DNA of 64,000 nt, taken from IMG/VR virus record IMGVR_UViG_3300031576_000002, positions 62,001-126,000 of that record. One strand, written 5' to 3'. The notes below the pieces were generated by a model that worked only from the letters and a program-made list of their open reading frames with translations, had not been told where the DNA came from and did no database searches. Numbering within the stretch: position 1 is the stretch's first letter; every line of letters starts with the position of its first letter. A program made the position numbers and the translations under genes. Shown piece after piece: positions 18,473 to 28,265 of this stretch.

Positions 18473-21202
18473 CTAGGCGTTTGGATCATGTACACGCGGC
18501 GCCACAGGGGGCGGCGTAGGGGGCTTAGCCGCCTGCTCCATTCTACGGGCTACCATTTCAGCAGCTCTGTCGATTAGATCTATGTACGCATCTGCTTTCT
18601 CTGAATCCAGACCTTTACTTTTAGGCCCCATATAGAACTTACGCAGGCCCTCCTCAAGAGTTCCTGAGCTTTCCAACATTTTGGCCAGATAGCCCACACC
18701 AGTCCGTAATCCTGCTTCAATAGATGTAGGAGAAGCTCCTAGCTCTAAGTTAAGCTCTTTACGCATTAATTCGAATGTACCTTCTATAGGCTGCATTAGC
18801 CCGGTAGCGGTACTCGTAGGAGCTTTTGCAGTAGGATCAAATCCTGACTCAACTTGAATAATGGGCAGTAGATCTTTCGCAGTAGCGCCTACCTTCTTAA
18901 ATACATTTGCAAACTCGTCATAAGCCTCAATAGCTTTTTGTGCAATCTTTTCTCTCTGCTCCTGTGGTATTTCTTCACCCGCGTGCCTTCCCCACGGGTA
19001 AGTCTTCGGAACGCCAGAAAGAACAGTTTCAAAATCGCCATTACGGAGAACTTCAGCAGGTCTCTGCCTTCTGTTAGACACCAGTGTAAATCCAGGAGAC
19101 ATTCTGCCAACAGGTTCGCCAGTTGGACTGCCAGAAATTAACGGGACTTCGGGGCGGGCTTCCCTATTCTTGTACTTTTCAAGCCATTCAGTAATCTTCT
19201 GCACCATTACTTTGGGGTCACCTTTAGCCTCTTCCTTTGCCTGTGCGAGCACTCTGCTAATACCAAAAGGACTTAAACCTGAGCCTTTGATAGCAGCGCC
19301 CCTACTTGCTAGAACGCCTTTTCCCCATGGACCCTCATTATGCAATTCATCCAGGACCCCTTCTAATTCAGGAGTCAGGTCAAATTGCGTCAATCCTAGT
19401 TCCTGTAGCTGACCTTTGCGTTCCTCTCCCAGTGTCGCCAATGTCTCTTTTGCTCCAAAACCTACACCGGCCGCGATTAGCTTTGTCCATCCTGCTATCT
19501 GAGTGGTCCAGTTGACGATGTCCGCCGTATTCTGTTCAATGTTCTTGTCCGTCGTTTTTGGCAGAGTCCCAGTCTTGATAAACTCGTTGTACGCCTCCTC
19601 TGTAATCTGGCCCTGATCCTTCATCTCAGTCAATACCTTTTCCTGAGCATTCTTGAAAATCTCACCCATTTTTACGGGGTCGCGGAGAACTGCGTCTCCT
19701 CCCTGCACTGTCTCGGCGATGCTACGAGCGATGCGCGCTATCACCTGTGGATCAGTACCAGGAGCTACTCCTGCGGATTTAGCTAGTTCTGCTCCTAGTG
19801 CGGCCAAAGCTCCTTCCGACAAATCCGGCATGGATTCCGACAACATCTTCATAAGATTAGCCATAGGCCCAAGAGTAAGGTCAAGCGTGAGCTTGGCCCC
19901 TTTAGGTCCCGAAGCTGCTAGCAAGCCTTCATTGATCTTCTGAATGATCTCCAAAGTCTCGTTAAGACTGGTGCCAGGTTTTGCCAGCGCCACCGCCATC
20001 AGCTTAGACTCGAAGCTTGCACCTTGTAGACCTAAAGCGGCATCACCGATTGACTTGACCATGTCCTGCGTCATACCGCGAGCTTTAGCGAGTCCAAGTG
20101 TAGCCAGCCCCGCAGCGGTGTAGAGGAGCATGAACTGCTTGGGCAAAGTAGAAGCATCAAATTTTAGGCCACTTGTCTGTTTGACGAGTTTGCTAATACC
20201 TTCCAGGGCTTCTTCAGGCGAGAGATTACGGATTTCCTGCCCGAGAATCGCGGCCTCCCGAATCATATTCTTGGTGAGCCGCATACCGTCCGACAGGGAA
20301 CCCCCAAAGTTTCCAGCCTCCCGCGTAATCTGCTTGTAGAGCCTGACCTGCACTTCAAGGGGAACATTGAGAGCAGTCTGAGTTTGAAACATGCTCTTCG
20401 AGATGTGGGCTAACTCATCAGCTTTGATCCCTGCTGCTCCTATCTGTCCTACAAAAGACGCAGCTTCCTCGACGCTCAAATTTCCTGCAAACGCTACCTC
20501 TCTGAGAGCCCTGCGTACATTCTGTGTTTGGTCAGTTACCAGCGACATGTGGCTGGCTACTTTTAGAACTTGTCCTTTAACATCCGCCATCTCCTGAGCA
20601 ATTTTTCCTGCGGCTACAGCAAGTCCGAGACTTAGCCCGCCAACAGTTCCAATTCCGCGCGTCAAGCTAGATACGATTCCACCCAGCTCTGGACTGACCC
20701 TCCCAAGAACGTCTCCTACCATTCCCCCGGCTTCGGCGACTTTTCCCAGTCCCTTCAAGGGCATCGTCGCAAGAGCTTCTTTGAGTGCTCTCGCTTTCCG
20801 ATCCGCCTCCTCGAACTGCTCGGGCAAATTTTTGGCTTCCAGTGCGGCGACAAAATCGTCGAAGGACTTTCCCGCTCCGTAGGTATCCTTCTGGAGTTTA
20901 ATAACTTCGTCCTTGAGTCGCGTCACTTCCGCTTTTGCCGCTTCACTTGCAGCCTTCAGCTTCACTACGCCGTCACCGCTTCGCAGAGCGGCAGAGTTCA
21001 TCTGAGAGAATAGGCGCAAAGAGCTGCCCAACGAATTGCCGAGCAGCGCGATATTGCGTGAAGCCTGCCCGCTTACATTAGCCGTTCCACGAAGCTGTTG
21101 ATTGATAGCCCCCAGCGCACGCTCCATAGCGGTAAACGCCTGAAGCGTGTTAGGCCCTATCGACAGAGTCGGGGCACCAGGAGCGGTAGTCGGCGGGGGC
21201 AT
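18473..21202 (-). CDS. Tape measure protein with C-terminal lytic transglycosylase (SLT) domain
   Basis: Ala/Gly-rich helical 909 aa; IIQVESGFDPTA..ATGLMQ SLT motif; follows the chaperones. Confidence 0.9.
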   Translation of the reverse strand: MPPPTTAPGAPTLSIGPNTLQAFTAMERALGAINQQLRGTANVSGQASRNIALLGNSLGSSLRLFSQMNSAALRSGDGVVKLKAASEAAKAEVTRLKDEVIKLQKDTYGAGKSFDDFVAALEAKNLPEQFEEADRKARALKEALATMPLKGLGKVAEAGGMVGDVLGRVSPELGGIVSSLTRGIGTVGGLSLGLAVAAGKIAQEMADVKGQVLKVASHMSLVTDQTQNVRRALREVAFAGNLSVEEAASFVGQIGAAGIKADELAHISKSMFQTQTALNVPLEVQVRLYKQITREAGNFGGSLSDGMRLTKNMIREAAILGQEIRNLSPEEALEGISKLVKQTSGLKFDASTLPKQFMLLYTAAGLATLGLAKARGMTQDMVKSIGDAALGLQGASFESKLMAVALAKPGTSLNETLEIIQKINEGLLAASGPKGAKLTLDLTLGPMANLMKMLSESMPDLSEGALAALGAELAKSAGVAPGTDPQVIARIARSIAETVQGGDAVLRDPVKMGEIFKNAQEKVLTEMKDQGQITEEAYNEFIKTGTLPKTTDKNIEQNTADIVNWTTQIAGWTKLIAAGVGFGAKETLATLGEERKGQLQELGLTQFDLTPELEGVLDELHNEGPWGKGVLASRGAAIKGSGLSPFGISRVLAQAKEEAKGDPKVMVQKITEWLEKYKNREARPEVPLISGSPTGEPVGRMSPGFTLVSNRRQRPAEVLRNGDFETVLSGVPKTYPWGRHAGEEIPQEQREKIAQKAIEAYDEFANVFKKVGATAKDLLPIIQVESGFDPTAKAPTSTATGLMQPIEGTFELMRKELNLELGASPTSIEAGLRTGVGYLAKMLESSGTLEEGLRKFYMGPKSKGLDSEKADAYIDLIDRAAEMVARRMEQAAKPPTPPPVAPRVHDPNA

Positions 21203-21849
21203 CAGTCTACCTTCAGATTCTTCAACACGTCGGCCAGCACGCCAAAGCTACCGCCCTGCCCTGACTTCTCCAAAGCGATCTTTTGCGCGCGACGAACCAA
21301 GTCGAGATCGGCCGCTTTCGGAGCTTCCACACCTGCGTCAGTTGGCATTGCGGGCATTCCTTGGCTCCGACTCCGAGACACCATACTACGCGCGACTGAC
21401 TCGAACTGCTTGTACCGTGGGTCAGCTTCCCGCATGATCCGAGAACCCTCTCCCACCTTCCGGGCCAGCTCGATCTCTTCCGCAGTCGGGACGTACCGAC
21501 CTTCTGCGTCCACACGCCGTCCCTGCTCCTCGTACAAAGCATTCTCGCGGACGAAGCCGAAGAAGCCGCCTTCCTCGTGGCGCATGCCGCTGTCTTCGGC
21601 CTGCTTCTTGTTCTTTTCCTCGTCCTGGACCTTCTTCCACAGCTCAGGATTGAGCCAAGGCTTGACCGAATCCAACACCATCTTGATGGTGTCGTGCTTC
21701 TCCCGCTCTTCCTCGAAGATAGAGTAGAGCAGAGCATGCTTTTGGTGGGGCGCTAGACGGAGGAACCGCTCGTCGGTGGGGAGGACGTTGAATCTTCGGC
21801 AGATGTTGAGATCCCACCACCAAGCCCCGCCGCGTTCGGACTTTTTTTT
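21202..21849 (-). CDS. Tail assembly chaperone, -1 frameshift extension (gpGT-like)
   Basis: Reached by a -1 shift at the A8G run; abuts the tape measure start. Confidence 0.75.
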   Translation of the reverse strand, partial: KKKSERGGAWWWDLNICRRFNVLPTDERFLRLAPHQKHALLYSIFEEEREKHDTIKMVLDSVKPWLNPELWKKVQDEEKNKKQAEDSGMRHEEGGFFGFVRENALYEEQGRRVDAEGRYVPTAEEIELARKVGEGSRIMREADPRYKQFESVARSMVSRSRSQGMPAMPTDAGVEAPKAADLDLVRRAQKIALEKSGQGGSFGVLADVLKNLKVD

Positions 21850-22229
21850 ACAGCCTCTAGGTCCTTGAAATACTGGTCCATCCACTGCCCAGCGGCTACG
21901 TCGAGCATTTGTATGGTGTGGATCATGAAGCGGTCCTGCAACAGCAGCGAGGCTTCCTCCACCGAGGTCAATTCGGCCCTGTTCAAGCGCTTTTTGACCG
22001 CGTCGCGCTCGCTCGGATCCAAGACAAGAGAACCACCGTCGATGGTGACGATGGTACGAGCCAGCGACTCAATCTGATTGGAAAGGGCTTTAGCCGAGGG
22101 AGACTGGTACTTGTGAGAGGTCTCCCAGACCTCTAGCCACTCACCGGGAGTGAGGACCTTGAAGACGACCTTGTGGCCGTCTACGTCAATGGGCTGACTA
22201 CGAGCGTTCGGATTGAGAAAGTCGAGCAT
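21753..22229 (-). CDS. Tail assembly chaperone (gpG-like)
   Basis: Between tube and tape measure; contains the slippery site. Confidence 0.8.
   Translation of the reverse strand: MLDFLNPNARSQPIDVDGHKVVFKVLTPGEWLEVWETSHKYQSPSAKALSNQIESLARTIVTIDGGSLVLDPSERDAVKKRLNRAELTSVEEASLLLQDRFMIHTIQMLDVAAGQWMDQYFKDLEAVKKSPNAAGLGGGISTSAEDSTSSPPTSGSSV
21841..21850 (-). other. Programmed -1 frameshift slippery site TAAAAAAAAG
   Basis: GTA AAA AAA AGT (frame 0) versus AAA AAA AAG TCC (frame -1). Confidence 0.8.
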
Positions 22230-22250
22230 GGTCCCTCACGGGACCATGAA

Positions 22251-22694
22251 CTACGCCGGGGTAACCGTCGCAATCAGCACCGTGGCCCGTTCCATGACGA
22301 ACGTGGTACCCACGCTGATGGTAGTGCCGTACTCGGTAAAGAGGCAGTTCCGGTATGCGGTGCGGACGGGTGCAGCTCCGGCGGGTCGGTTCATGGTCTC
22401 AAGGATGTCAAACGGCTGGTTGAAGTCTTCGATGGTACGCACGTCGGTTCCGATGGACTGCATCAGGTTCAAGGAAAAGAGGCGGATTCGTTCCATCGTC
22501 GCCGAGATGTCGCAAATGCCCGGCACGATGTCAACAACCTTGGGGCCGCTGTCGAAGAGGATTTCGCGGACTCGATCGACAGTCTTGGAGAAGGTCGGAT
22601 TGAAGGACTGGAGGTTGCCGATGGGCTGATTGTTTACACTCAGAGTATAGGCCCACCAAATGCTACTACGTACATTTGCGGGGAGTGTGGACAC
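22251..22694 (-). CDS. Tail tube protein
   Basis: 147 aa; IGNLQSFNP..EIL..IVPG motifs; perfect SD AAGGAGGT; position after the sheath. Confidence 0.8.
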   Translation of the reverse strand: MSTLPANVRSSIWWAYTLSVNNQPIGNLQSFNPTFSKTVDRVREILFDSGPKVVDIVPGICDISATMERIRLFSLNLMQSIGTDVRTIEDFNQPFDILETMNRPAGAAPVRTAYRNCLFTEYGTTISVGTTFVMERATVLIATVTPA

Positions 22695-22737
22695 TTGTGC
22701 TACCTCCTTCTATGGCATTGGCCGCTTTTCTGCGGCG

Positions 22738-23703
22738 TTACAGGACAAGCGTAACTTCACGAGGGGCTACAGTATCAGCCGTTGTTGCAGCAAACTCCAC
22801 GGCTGGATCAAAGCGCTCCCACGCCTTTCTGATTTTCCAGTAGCGCCTGAAGTATTCTATCCATTTCGGCCTGTTGTGGTTTGTAGCCATGTGGCACGCA
22901 ACGCACGAAGAGATAAGATTTCGGCTGAGGCCCTTACCCGTCTTACCGTAGTTATGATGCTTGTCGTAGTCCACATGGTGTACACTCAGTTTGACCTTAC
23001 AGCCCTTCTGGTGAATTCCGCAGATCTGGCAAGTGTACCAGTCCCGCTTTCTAATCCTTCGTCGAAGCCGTTTGCTGAATTCAGGAGGGTGTGGAAGAAA
23101 CGATGTTCCGCCTTTCCAGTTATAGTGGTTTGGACCTGAGAATCGTTCGATCATCTCAGGACGATTGAAGGTCTTTTTCAGACTGGCTGTGATCTTAGCC
23201 TGATGCTCTGGCGTCTTCTTTCTACCTTTGTTCCAACTCCCCCAGCCAGGTGGAGGCTTCCAAGGATTCGCAGCTCGCGCCGCTCGAATCTTCTGGCGTG
23301 TCTCTTCCGAGAGGTGGCGCCCTTTGAAGTAAGAAGTAGCCCTGCCACGAGTGTGCGCTAGCTTCTGCACTTCAATTTGGCTACGCCTTTTTATTCCGTG
23401 AATCTTCAGCCATCTGGATACAGGAGTAACGCTGCATCCGATTTCTTCGGCAATCTCTGCAACCGACATCTCTGCGTACTTTGCTTTCATCCAGCTCTTA
23501 TCTTTGAGGGTGGCGTAGGGAAGGCGTAGCTTTACAGTCGAAGGCATTCCCATCGGACGTACTGGAATTTTGGCCTTCCGCAAGCTTCTTAGAACTAGGG
23601 GCTTACTTACGCCGAGGCGGTCTGCCACTGCCTGCGCTGGCAGGCACTCCACCACATATAGTTGCTTCAAGGCTAGCGGGTCGAGATTGATGCGAGCCGG
23701 CAT
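22738..23703 (-). CDS. HNH homing endonuclease with HTH/NUMOD3-like repeats (intact)
   Basis: HLSEETRQKI, WNKG, NWKGG, RD.YTCQIC, VHHVDYDK..NL..C..CH. Confidence 0.9.
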   Translation of the reverse strand: MPARINLDPLALKQLYVVECLPAQAVADRLGVSKPLVLRSLRKAKIPVRPMGMPSTVKLRLPYATLKDKSWMKAKYAEMSVAEIAEEIGCSVTPVSRWLKIHGIKRRSQIEVQKLAHTRGRATSYFKGRHLSEETRQKIRAARAANPWKPPPGWGSWNKGRKKTPEHQAKITASLKKTFNRPEMIERFSGPNHYNWKGGTSFLPHPPEFSKRLRRRIRKRDWYTCQICGIHQKGCKVKLSVHHVDYDKHHNYGKTGKGLSRNLISSCVACHMATNHNRPKWIEYFRRYWKIRKAWERFDPAVEFAATTADTVAPREVTLVL

Positions 23704-23748
23704 AGAACTTCCTACGACCTGGGACTAGCCCAGATCGTAGCAGTTCTA
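23703..23748 (-). promoter_or_regulatory. Hairpin covering the RBS of the HNH gene, containing an extended -10-like TGCTACGAT
   Basis: TAGAACT-GCTACGATCTGGG...CCCAGGTCGTAGG-AAGTTCTA directly before the ATG. Confidence 0.55.
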
Positions 23749-23759
23749 GGCCAAAACGT

Positions 23760-24629
23760 CTATTCGAAGGAGGCGGCTGTTGCAGCAAATTCCACGGCAG
23801 GGTTGAAGTGTTCCCAGGCTGTCCTAATCTTCCAGTAACGCCTGAAGTATTTGACCCACTTTTTTCTATCCGTGTTGGTTCGGACGTGGCAAGGTATACA
23901 CAGTGTTGTAAGATTCTCGGGCACGTTATTATGCTTATCGTAATCTACACGGTGAACGCTCAGGCGTGCCTTACAGTCTTTCTGCTGCACACAACATATC
24001 TGGCATATCTGCCCATCCCGTGCCCGAATTTCTCGCCGTAACTCTGCGCTAAAAGTTCTCGGATATGGGTACTTTGCAATTCCGCCCTGCCAATTGTGAT
24101 TGAGCGGACCCGATATATCAGGACGAAATTTTCCCTTACCCTGTGCAACTCGACCTTGCTTAAAAGTTAAGCGGACAGCCTCGCTCCGGCTACGAAGGGG
24201 TATCCCAAATTTTTGAAATGACGCTACTACAACGCTCTGGGTACAGCCGAGCTTTGTAGCAATATCAGAAGTTGCTAAAGTCTTGTACTGCTCACGCAAC
24301 CACGCGGGATCTTGAAGCTCTGGGTACTGCGTTGGACCGTAGATTGTAGCTTTATGGAATTTGAGAACTCGCACGATAGTGGGACGGGTTACTCCAATCT
24401 TCTGTGCAACTTGTTCAGCAGAATGGCATTTCTCGTAAAGGTGTAGGATCCGATCGTGGTCCAGACTGTTCCAGATACTTGTAGGATGCCGCTCGATGCC
24501 CGAGCTAACCATAAACGTCCAGACTTTGTACTTCGAGACGCCCAAGTTTTTGGCGATCTGAAGGCACGTCATGCCCTGCTTTCGCAGGTGCTTGACGCGC
24601 TCTGGGTCGAGGTCTATACGCGCTGGCAT
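23760..24629 (-). CDS. HNH endonuclease paralog with catalytic His-to-Arg change
   Basis: Start reassigned to MPARID (matches paralog MPARIN); VHRVDYDK instead of VHHVDYDK. Confidence 0.85.
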   Translation of the reverse strand: MPARIDLDPERVKHLRKQGMTCLQIAKNLGVSKYKVWTFMVSSGIERHPTSIWNSLDHDRILHLYEKCHSAEQVAQKIGVTRPTIVRVLKFHKATIYGPTQYPELQDPAWLREQYKTLATSDIATKLGCTQSVVVASFQKFGIPLRSRSEAVRLTFKQGRVAQGKGKFRPDISGPLNHNWQGGIAKYPYPRTFSAELRREIRARDGQICQICCVQQKDCKARLSVHRVDYDKHNNVPENLTTLCIPCHVRTNTDRKKWVKYFRRYWKIRTAWEHFNPAVEFAATAASFE

Positions 24630-24661
24630 GCTACAGTTCGAGGCGGGCTCAGACTGTAGCA
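24630..24661 (-). promoter_or_regulatory. Hairpin/extended -10-like element (TGCTACAGT) before the HNH start
   Basis: GCTACAGT...ACTGTAGC inverted repeat abutting the ATG. Confidence 0.45.
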
Positions 24662-24686
24662 CACTCCAACTAGCCACGCCAGCAGC

Positions 24687-26318
24687 TTACTCGAACGAAG
24701 CCACAAATGCGAAATTCACGTCCAGGAAACGAAGCGGGAATGCAGGCTTGACTCTCGCCCGCACAAAGATCCTGCGCGGCTCGATCGTGTCCTGCTGCGC
24801 CTGCACGTCCCGGAACTCCGCCAGGATTCGATCCTGGACAAGAGTCTGAAGAATGGACGTGACCGAGGTCTCGATCGCACCTTCGGTGTCTGCCGTGATC
24901 TTGGTATTTCGGTAGAGATCGAACAGGCGCAGGCGCACGAACTGCCGGAGATAGTCCGCCGTGTCCTGAACGCTCAGGTCTTCCGTGAACACATTGGTCG
25001 TGTCCACGGTAATCGGAATCGCCATGATCGTGCCGAGGTTGGCGATATCGGCACGGCGCCGCTTGAAGGGAATGACGCCGTTTCGCCGAAGCTCTCGGGC
25101 CTCGTCGAGGATCCAGCTATCGTAAAGCGTGACGCCCGAAATGGGGGCGAAGTTGTTCGGCGCTCCGATGAACGATCCCGCCAGGAGTCCGCCGGTTGCA
25201 GCCATCAAGAAGTTCACGTTCTGATTGCTACCCAGCGTAGTCGCTGAAGCCGTCGAGCCCGAGATCGTACCTACCTGGATCGCTACCGCAGATCGCACGG
25301 TATGGCCGTCCAGATCGCCCGGAGGACCCTTCACGCCGGGAAGTGCGATTCGGTTTCCGGCGGTCTGGTTCTCATCGAACGGATTCGCCTGCTCCTTGAA
25401 CGACTCGGCAATCGCCGTCATCAAGGTAAGATCCGTACCTCTGGGGTAGCTGCCCAGCAGGGTACGCTCCCGGCCCTCGTCAGGGGCAGAAGCGGACAGG
25501 GCGTGGATGAAGAACCGGCTATTGTTGTCCTCGCCGAAAGTCCAGTCAGCTCTGTCCGGGTCACTGCCGGGATCCATGGGCACCAGCCAGAGCTTGAACT
25601 CCTCCACCTTGTTGATCTTCTGCACGGCAATGTCGTAGCTGGGCTCCATCTCTAGTGTCCCGCCTATGGGAGGAACAGTAGTAGGGTTAAGCGGATCCCC
25701 CCAGTCCAGTGCGGTCACGCCCGGCAAAGAACCATTGCCGGTAACGGAAGGATGGAAGTCGAGCTGGAGAATGACCACACCAGGCGCGTTGTTCTTGAAC
25801 GCCAACCGGCCCGCCGCCACCAGCGGATTGACCTCGCGGTCGTCAGCGAGAACCGAGGAGAAGAACAGCTCGCTGCCCCGCTCTCGAATCATCAACTGCT
25901 CGTCGAGATACAGCAGCGGCTCGAACGCGCTTGCGGGAATCTCCACGGTGTAGTTGAGGAAATACTTGGTTCCTACCGGGGGCTCTGCACCTCCCGGTGC
26001 CCATTCGACCCGTGCGGGAACGGTCGAGCTGGGAGAAGGCGTGATGGTGTAGTCCGTGCCCTCGGAGAACTGCGTCGCTCCCGGCGCTCTGCCGACACCC
26101 CAGACAGTCACGACAGGGCTGGTACTCGGCTCCGCGCGCAGATCGTCGTAAGAAGTCGTGGAGCTACGGGTCAGGCCGAGATTGCGTTCCTTGATGACCT
26201 CGTAGTCGCCCCGGCCAATAATGGCGGGAAAACGCTCGAAACCCGCGGGCGCGATGATGCCCTGGTTCTCGATCGTCACTACGATGCCAGGAAGACGTTC
26301 GCCAGTAGAGAGCGGCAT
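24687..26318 (-). CDS. Contractile tail sheath protein
   Basis: N-terminal LPGIVV; C-terminal LSVQDTADYLR..DTIEPRRIFV..PAFPLRFL sheath domain. Confidence 0.9.
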   Translation of the reverse strand: MPLSTGERLPGIVVTIENQGIIAPAGFERFPAIIGRGDYEVIKERNLGLTRSSTTSYDDLRAEPSTSPVVTVWGVGRAPGATQFSEGTDYTITPSPSSTVPARVEWAPGGAEPPVGTKYFLNYTVEIPASAFEPLLYLDEQLMIRERGSELFFSSVLADDREVNPLVAAGRLAFKNNAPGVVILQLDFHPSVTGNGSLPGVTALDWGDPLNPTTVPPIGGTLEMEPSYDIAVQKINKVEEFKLWLVPMDPGSDPDRADWTFGEDNNSRFFIHALSASAPDEGRERTLLGSYPRGTDLTLMTAIAESFKEQANPFDENQTAGNRIALPGVKGPPGDLDGHTVRSAVAIQVGTISGSTASATTLGSNQNVNFLMAATGGLLAGSFIGAPNNFAPISGVTLYDSWILDEARELRRNGVIPFKRRRADIANLGTIMAIPITVDTTNVFTEDLSVQDTADYLRQFVRLRLFDLYRNTKITADTEGAIETSVTSILQTLVQDRILAEFRDVQAQQDTIEPRRIFVRARVKPAFPLRFLDVNFAFVASFE

Positions 26319-26394
26319 TTTTGTGCCTCCGAATTGCTAAGGGACTTTCGCAATCTTCGCACCCTCAACGCTTCCGCATGAAAGCGCGATTGCA

Positions 26395-27126
26395 TCAAGG
26401 GTCGTAGAGAGTTGCAGAAAAGAACGCGGCTTCGATCTCATCCAGGCGGACGAGACGATCTTCCCACTCGCCTCTCACCGGAATCGTAAGCTCGGTCTGG
26501 TAGAGACGAAAGTCGGTTGCTACATCCTCTGTCGAGGACTGCGAGCCAAAGCTGGGAGCGTCTGTAATCACGAAGCCGTACTTCTTCATCAGGAGCGCTT
26601 TGAATACGGGATGCGCGGTAAAGTACCCCGCCATGTCCGCTAGATTGTCCGCTTCTTCTCTGGTTCTAGCGACCGCGGTAAAGCTCAGCACGAACTCCGC
26701 CGCACCTCCGAAAACAGCTTCATTGGGGTCAAGAGATTCGTCGATCTCCATGAAGCCGCCGAACGATCCACTGCCGAGCATGGAGCGGATCTCGTTGCCG
26801 TCTGGATTGGTCGGAATCCTGGGAGCTTGTACAGTGGTGAAGCTCAACTCTTTCATCGGCCCCGTAACGGCATTGATGAGCACGCAGGGATACTCCCGGT
26901 TCCTGAGATCAATCCCTGCCAGCCCTCTTGTCTGCCCCGTAGCTTGGTCGAGTCCGGCTGCTCTCGCTTCCCACTCTTCGTAGGTTCTGGCAGTCGGCTT
27001 TCGTGAGAACTTGATCGCTTCTCTGCCATCCGAGAGACGAATCACATCTCGATCAACCAGGTCGAAGAGGCGCCGAAAGTAATCGACGAATCCGTGCTTG
27101 ATTCCGCGTGTGAGCCGAAAGTACAT
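26395..27126 (-). CDS. Putative tail terminator/completion protein
   Basis: Upstream of the sheath; YPCVLI and ARTREEADNLAD motifs. Confidence 0.55.
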   Translation of the reverse strand: MYFRLTRGIKHGFVDYFRRLFDLVDRDVIRLSDGREAIKFSRKPTARTYEEWEARAAGLDQATGQTRGLAGIDLRNREYPCVLINAVTGPMKELSFTTVQAPRIPTNPDGNEIRSMLGSGSFGGFMEIDESLDPNEAVFGGAAEFVLSFTAVARTREEADNLADMAGYFTAHPVFKALLMKKYGFVITDAPSFGSQSSTEDVATDFRLYQTELTIPVRGEWEDRLVRLDEIEAAFFSATLYDP

Positions 27127-27488
27127 CAGCCTTTCCTTTCAACCAGCAGTGCTTCTGTCCAGGCTCTCACACCTGGAAGAGGCTCGGCAATCCGCATGTA
27201 GATTCGGGGGGCTCTTCCTGTCTGCTTTGCCATATCTCGTGCGATGCGGATGACAGTGGGAATGTTCTCCGGAGTCTCTTTCGTGCCCTTTTCCTTGAGC
27301 GCGATTCTACCCTGGCCGCCTCTTGCCGTCGCTTCCAGCCGATTGATGAAGTCTACGTCGCCTGCTTCCGCCGCTTGCATCACGGCTTCGGTGTAGCCCT
27401 GCCGTACAAAGGCGTTCGTCTGCTCCGCCGGCAGTGCCTTCAAGTAATTCTGGAACTGCTGAATGGCTCTGGTATCTACATTAAACAT
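27126..27488 (-). CDS. Hypothetical protein
   Basis: Translationally coupled ORF. Confidence 0.5.
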   Translation of the reverse strand: MFNVDTRAIQQFQNYLKALPAEQTNAFVRQGYTEAVMQAAEAGDVDFINRLEATARGGQGRIALKEKGTKETPENIPTVIRIARDMAKQTGRAPRIYMRIAEPLPGVRAWTEALLVERKG

Positions 27489-27771
27489 GATTCGAGTACA
27501 CCTTTGCGCCGAGAAGATCGCTCAGCGCCGCGATTGGCTCTTCCGATTCTACGCGAAGCAGCAAAGCTTTGCGGTTCCGAAAGCACACTTTTTCTCCGGC
27601 CAGAAGCGCAGATGAAAAGGGATGCGGGACTCGCAACACGATCGGGCTAGTGGGAGTTTCGGTAGCAGGAGAGATTCGTACTTCGACCGTGCTGTCGGGA
27701 TCCCATCCTGCCGTTACTTCCGACACAACTCCTAAGAGTTCATCCGGGCAGGCAGAGTGCCAGGCGTACAT
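27481..27771 (-). CDS. Hypothetical protein
   Basis: Translationally coupled ORF. Confidence 0.45.
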   Translation of the reverse strand: MYAWHSACPDELLGVVSEVTAGWDPDSTVEVRISPATETPTSPIVLRVPHPFSSALLAGEKVCFRNRKALLLRVESEEPIAALSDLLGAKVYSNHV

Positions 27772-28265
27772 CAGAATGCCCAGCCTGCGGAAAATACAAC
27801 GGAGTTGATCCCGCCATTCGGTGCATCAAGGCCGGCATTCGATAGATGGTGGATTCGAGTTCCAAGCTCCAGTTCCTCGATTACACGCACGCTCGCGCCG
27901 GCTTGCAGCAGGAACATGACCTTGTCCGCCTGCCCACGCGCCCCATCGAAATCCGTATAGCCCGCGCCTGCATCTGCTCTTGCTGTAAAGCGGCTGTACT
28001 GGACACGACCTCCGCCGTACAGGAACGCGCCCCAGCCGTGGTACGGCGCATAGACACCCAAACCTTGAAGGCCGATCGCGCCCTTGAGGTACTCGAAAAG
28101 TACAGGAGTTCGACTCTCTACTTCGACCAGACCGAGGCGTGAATCAACCAGGTTCCCGTTTCGCGTACCGCCCAAGGGAACGCCGAATCCCCAGCCTGCT
28201 TCGATAGAAGGCTGCGCTTGCGCCGCAGTTGCAAGCAGCAGGAGGAAGGCCAGCGTTCGCATCAC
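27771..28265 (-). CDS. pagL: PagL-like lipid A 3-O-deacylase (outer-membrane beta-barrel)
   Basis: Signal peptide (..ATAAQA), amphipathic strands, HHLSNAGLDAPNGGINS catalytic motif, terminal Phe. Confidence 0.8.
   Translation of the reverse strand: MMRTLAFLLLLATAAQAQPSIEAGWGFGVPLGGTRNGNLVDSRLGLVEVESRTPVLFEYLKGAIGLQGLGVYAPYHGWGAFLYGGGRVQYSRFTARADAGAGYTDFDGARGQADKVMFLLQAGASVRVIEELELGTRIHHLSNAGLDAPNGGINSVVFSAGWAF

Noticed and set aside
11507-26318. Extracellular contractile injection system or tailocin interpretation
   Set aside because: A full capsid module, primase and homing endonucleases lie in the same operon-like array, so this is a phage
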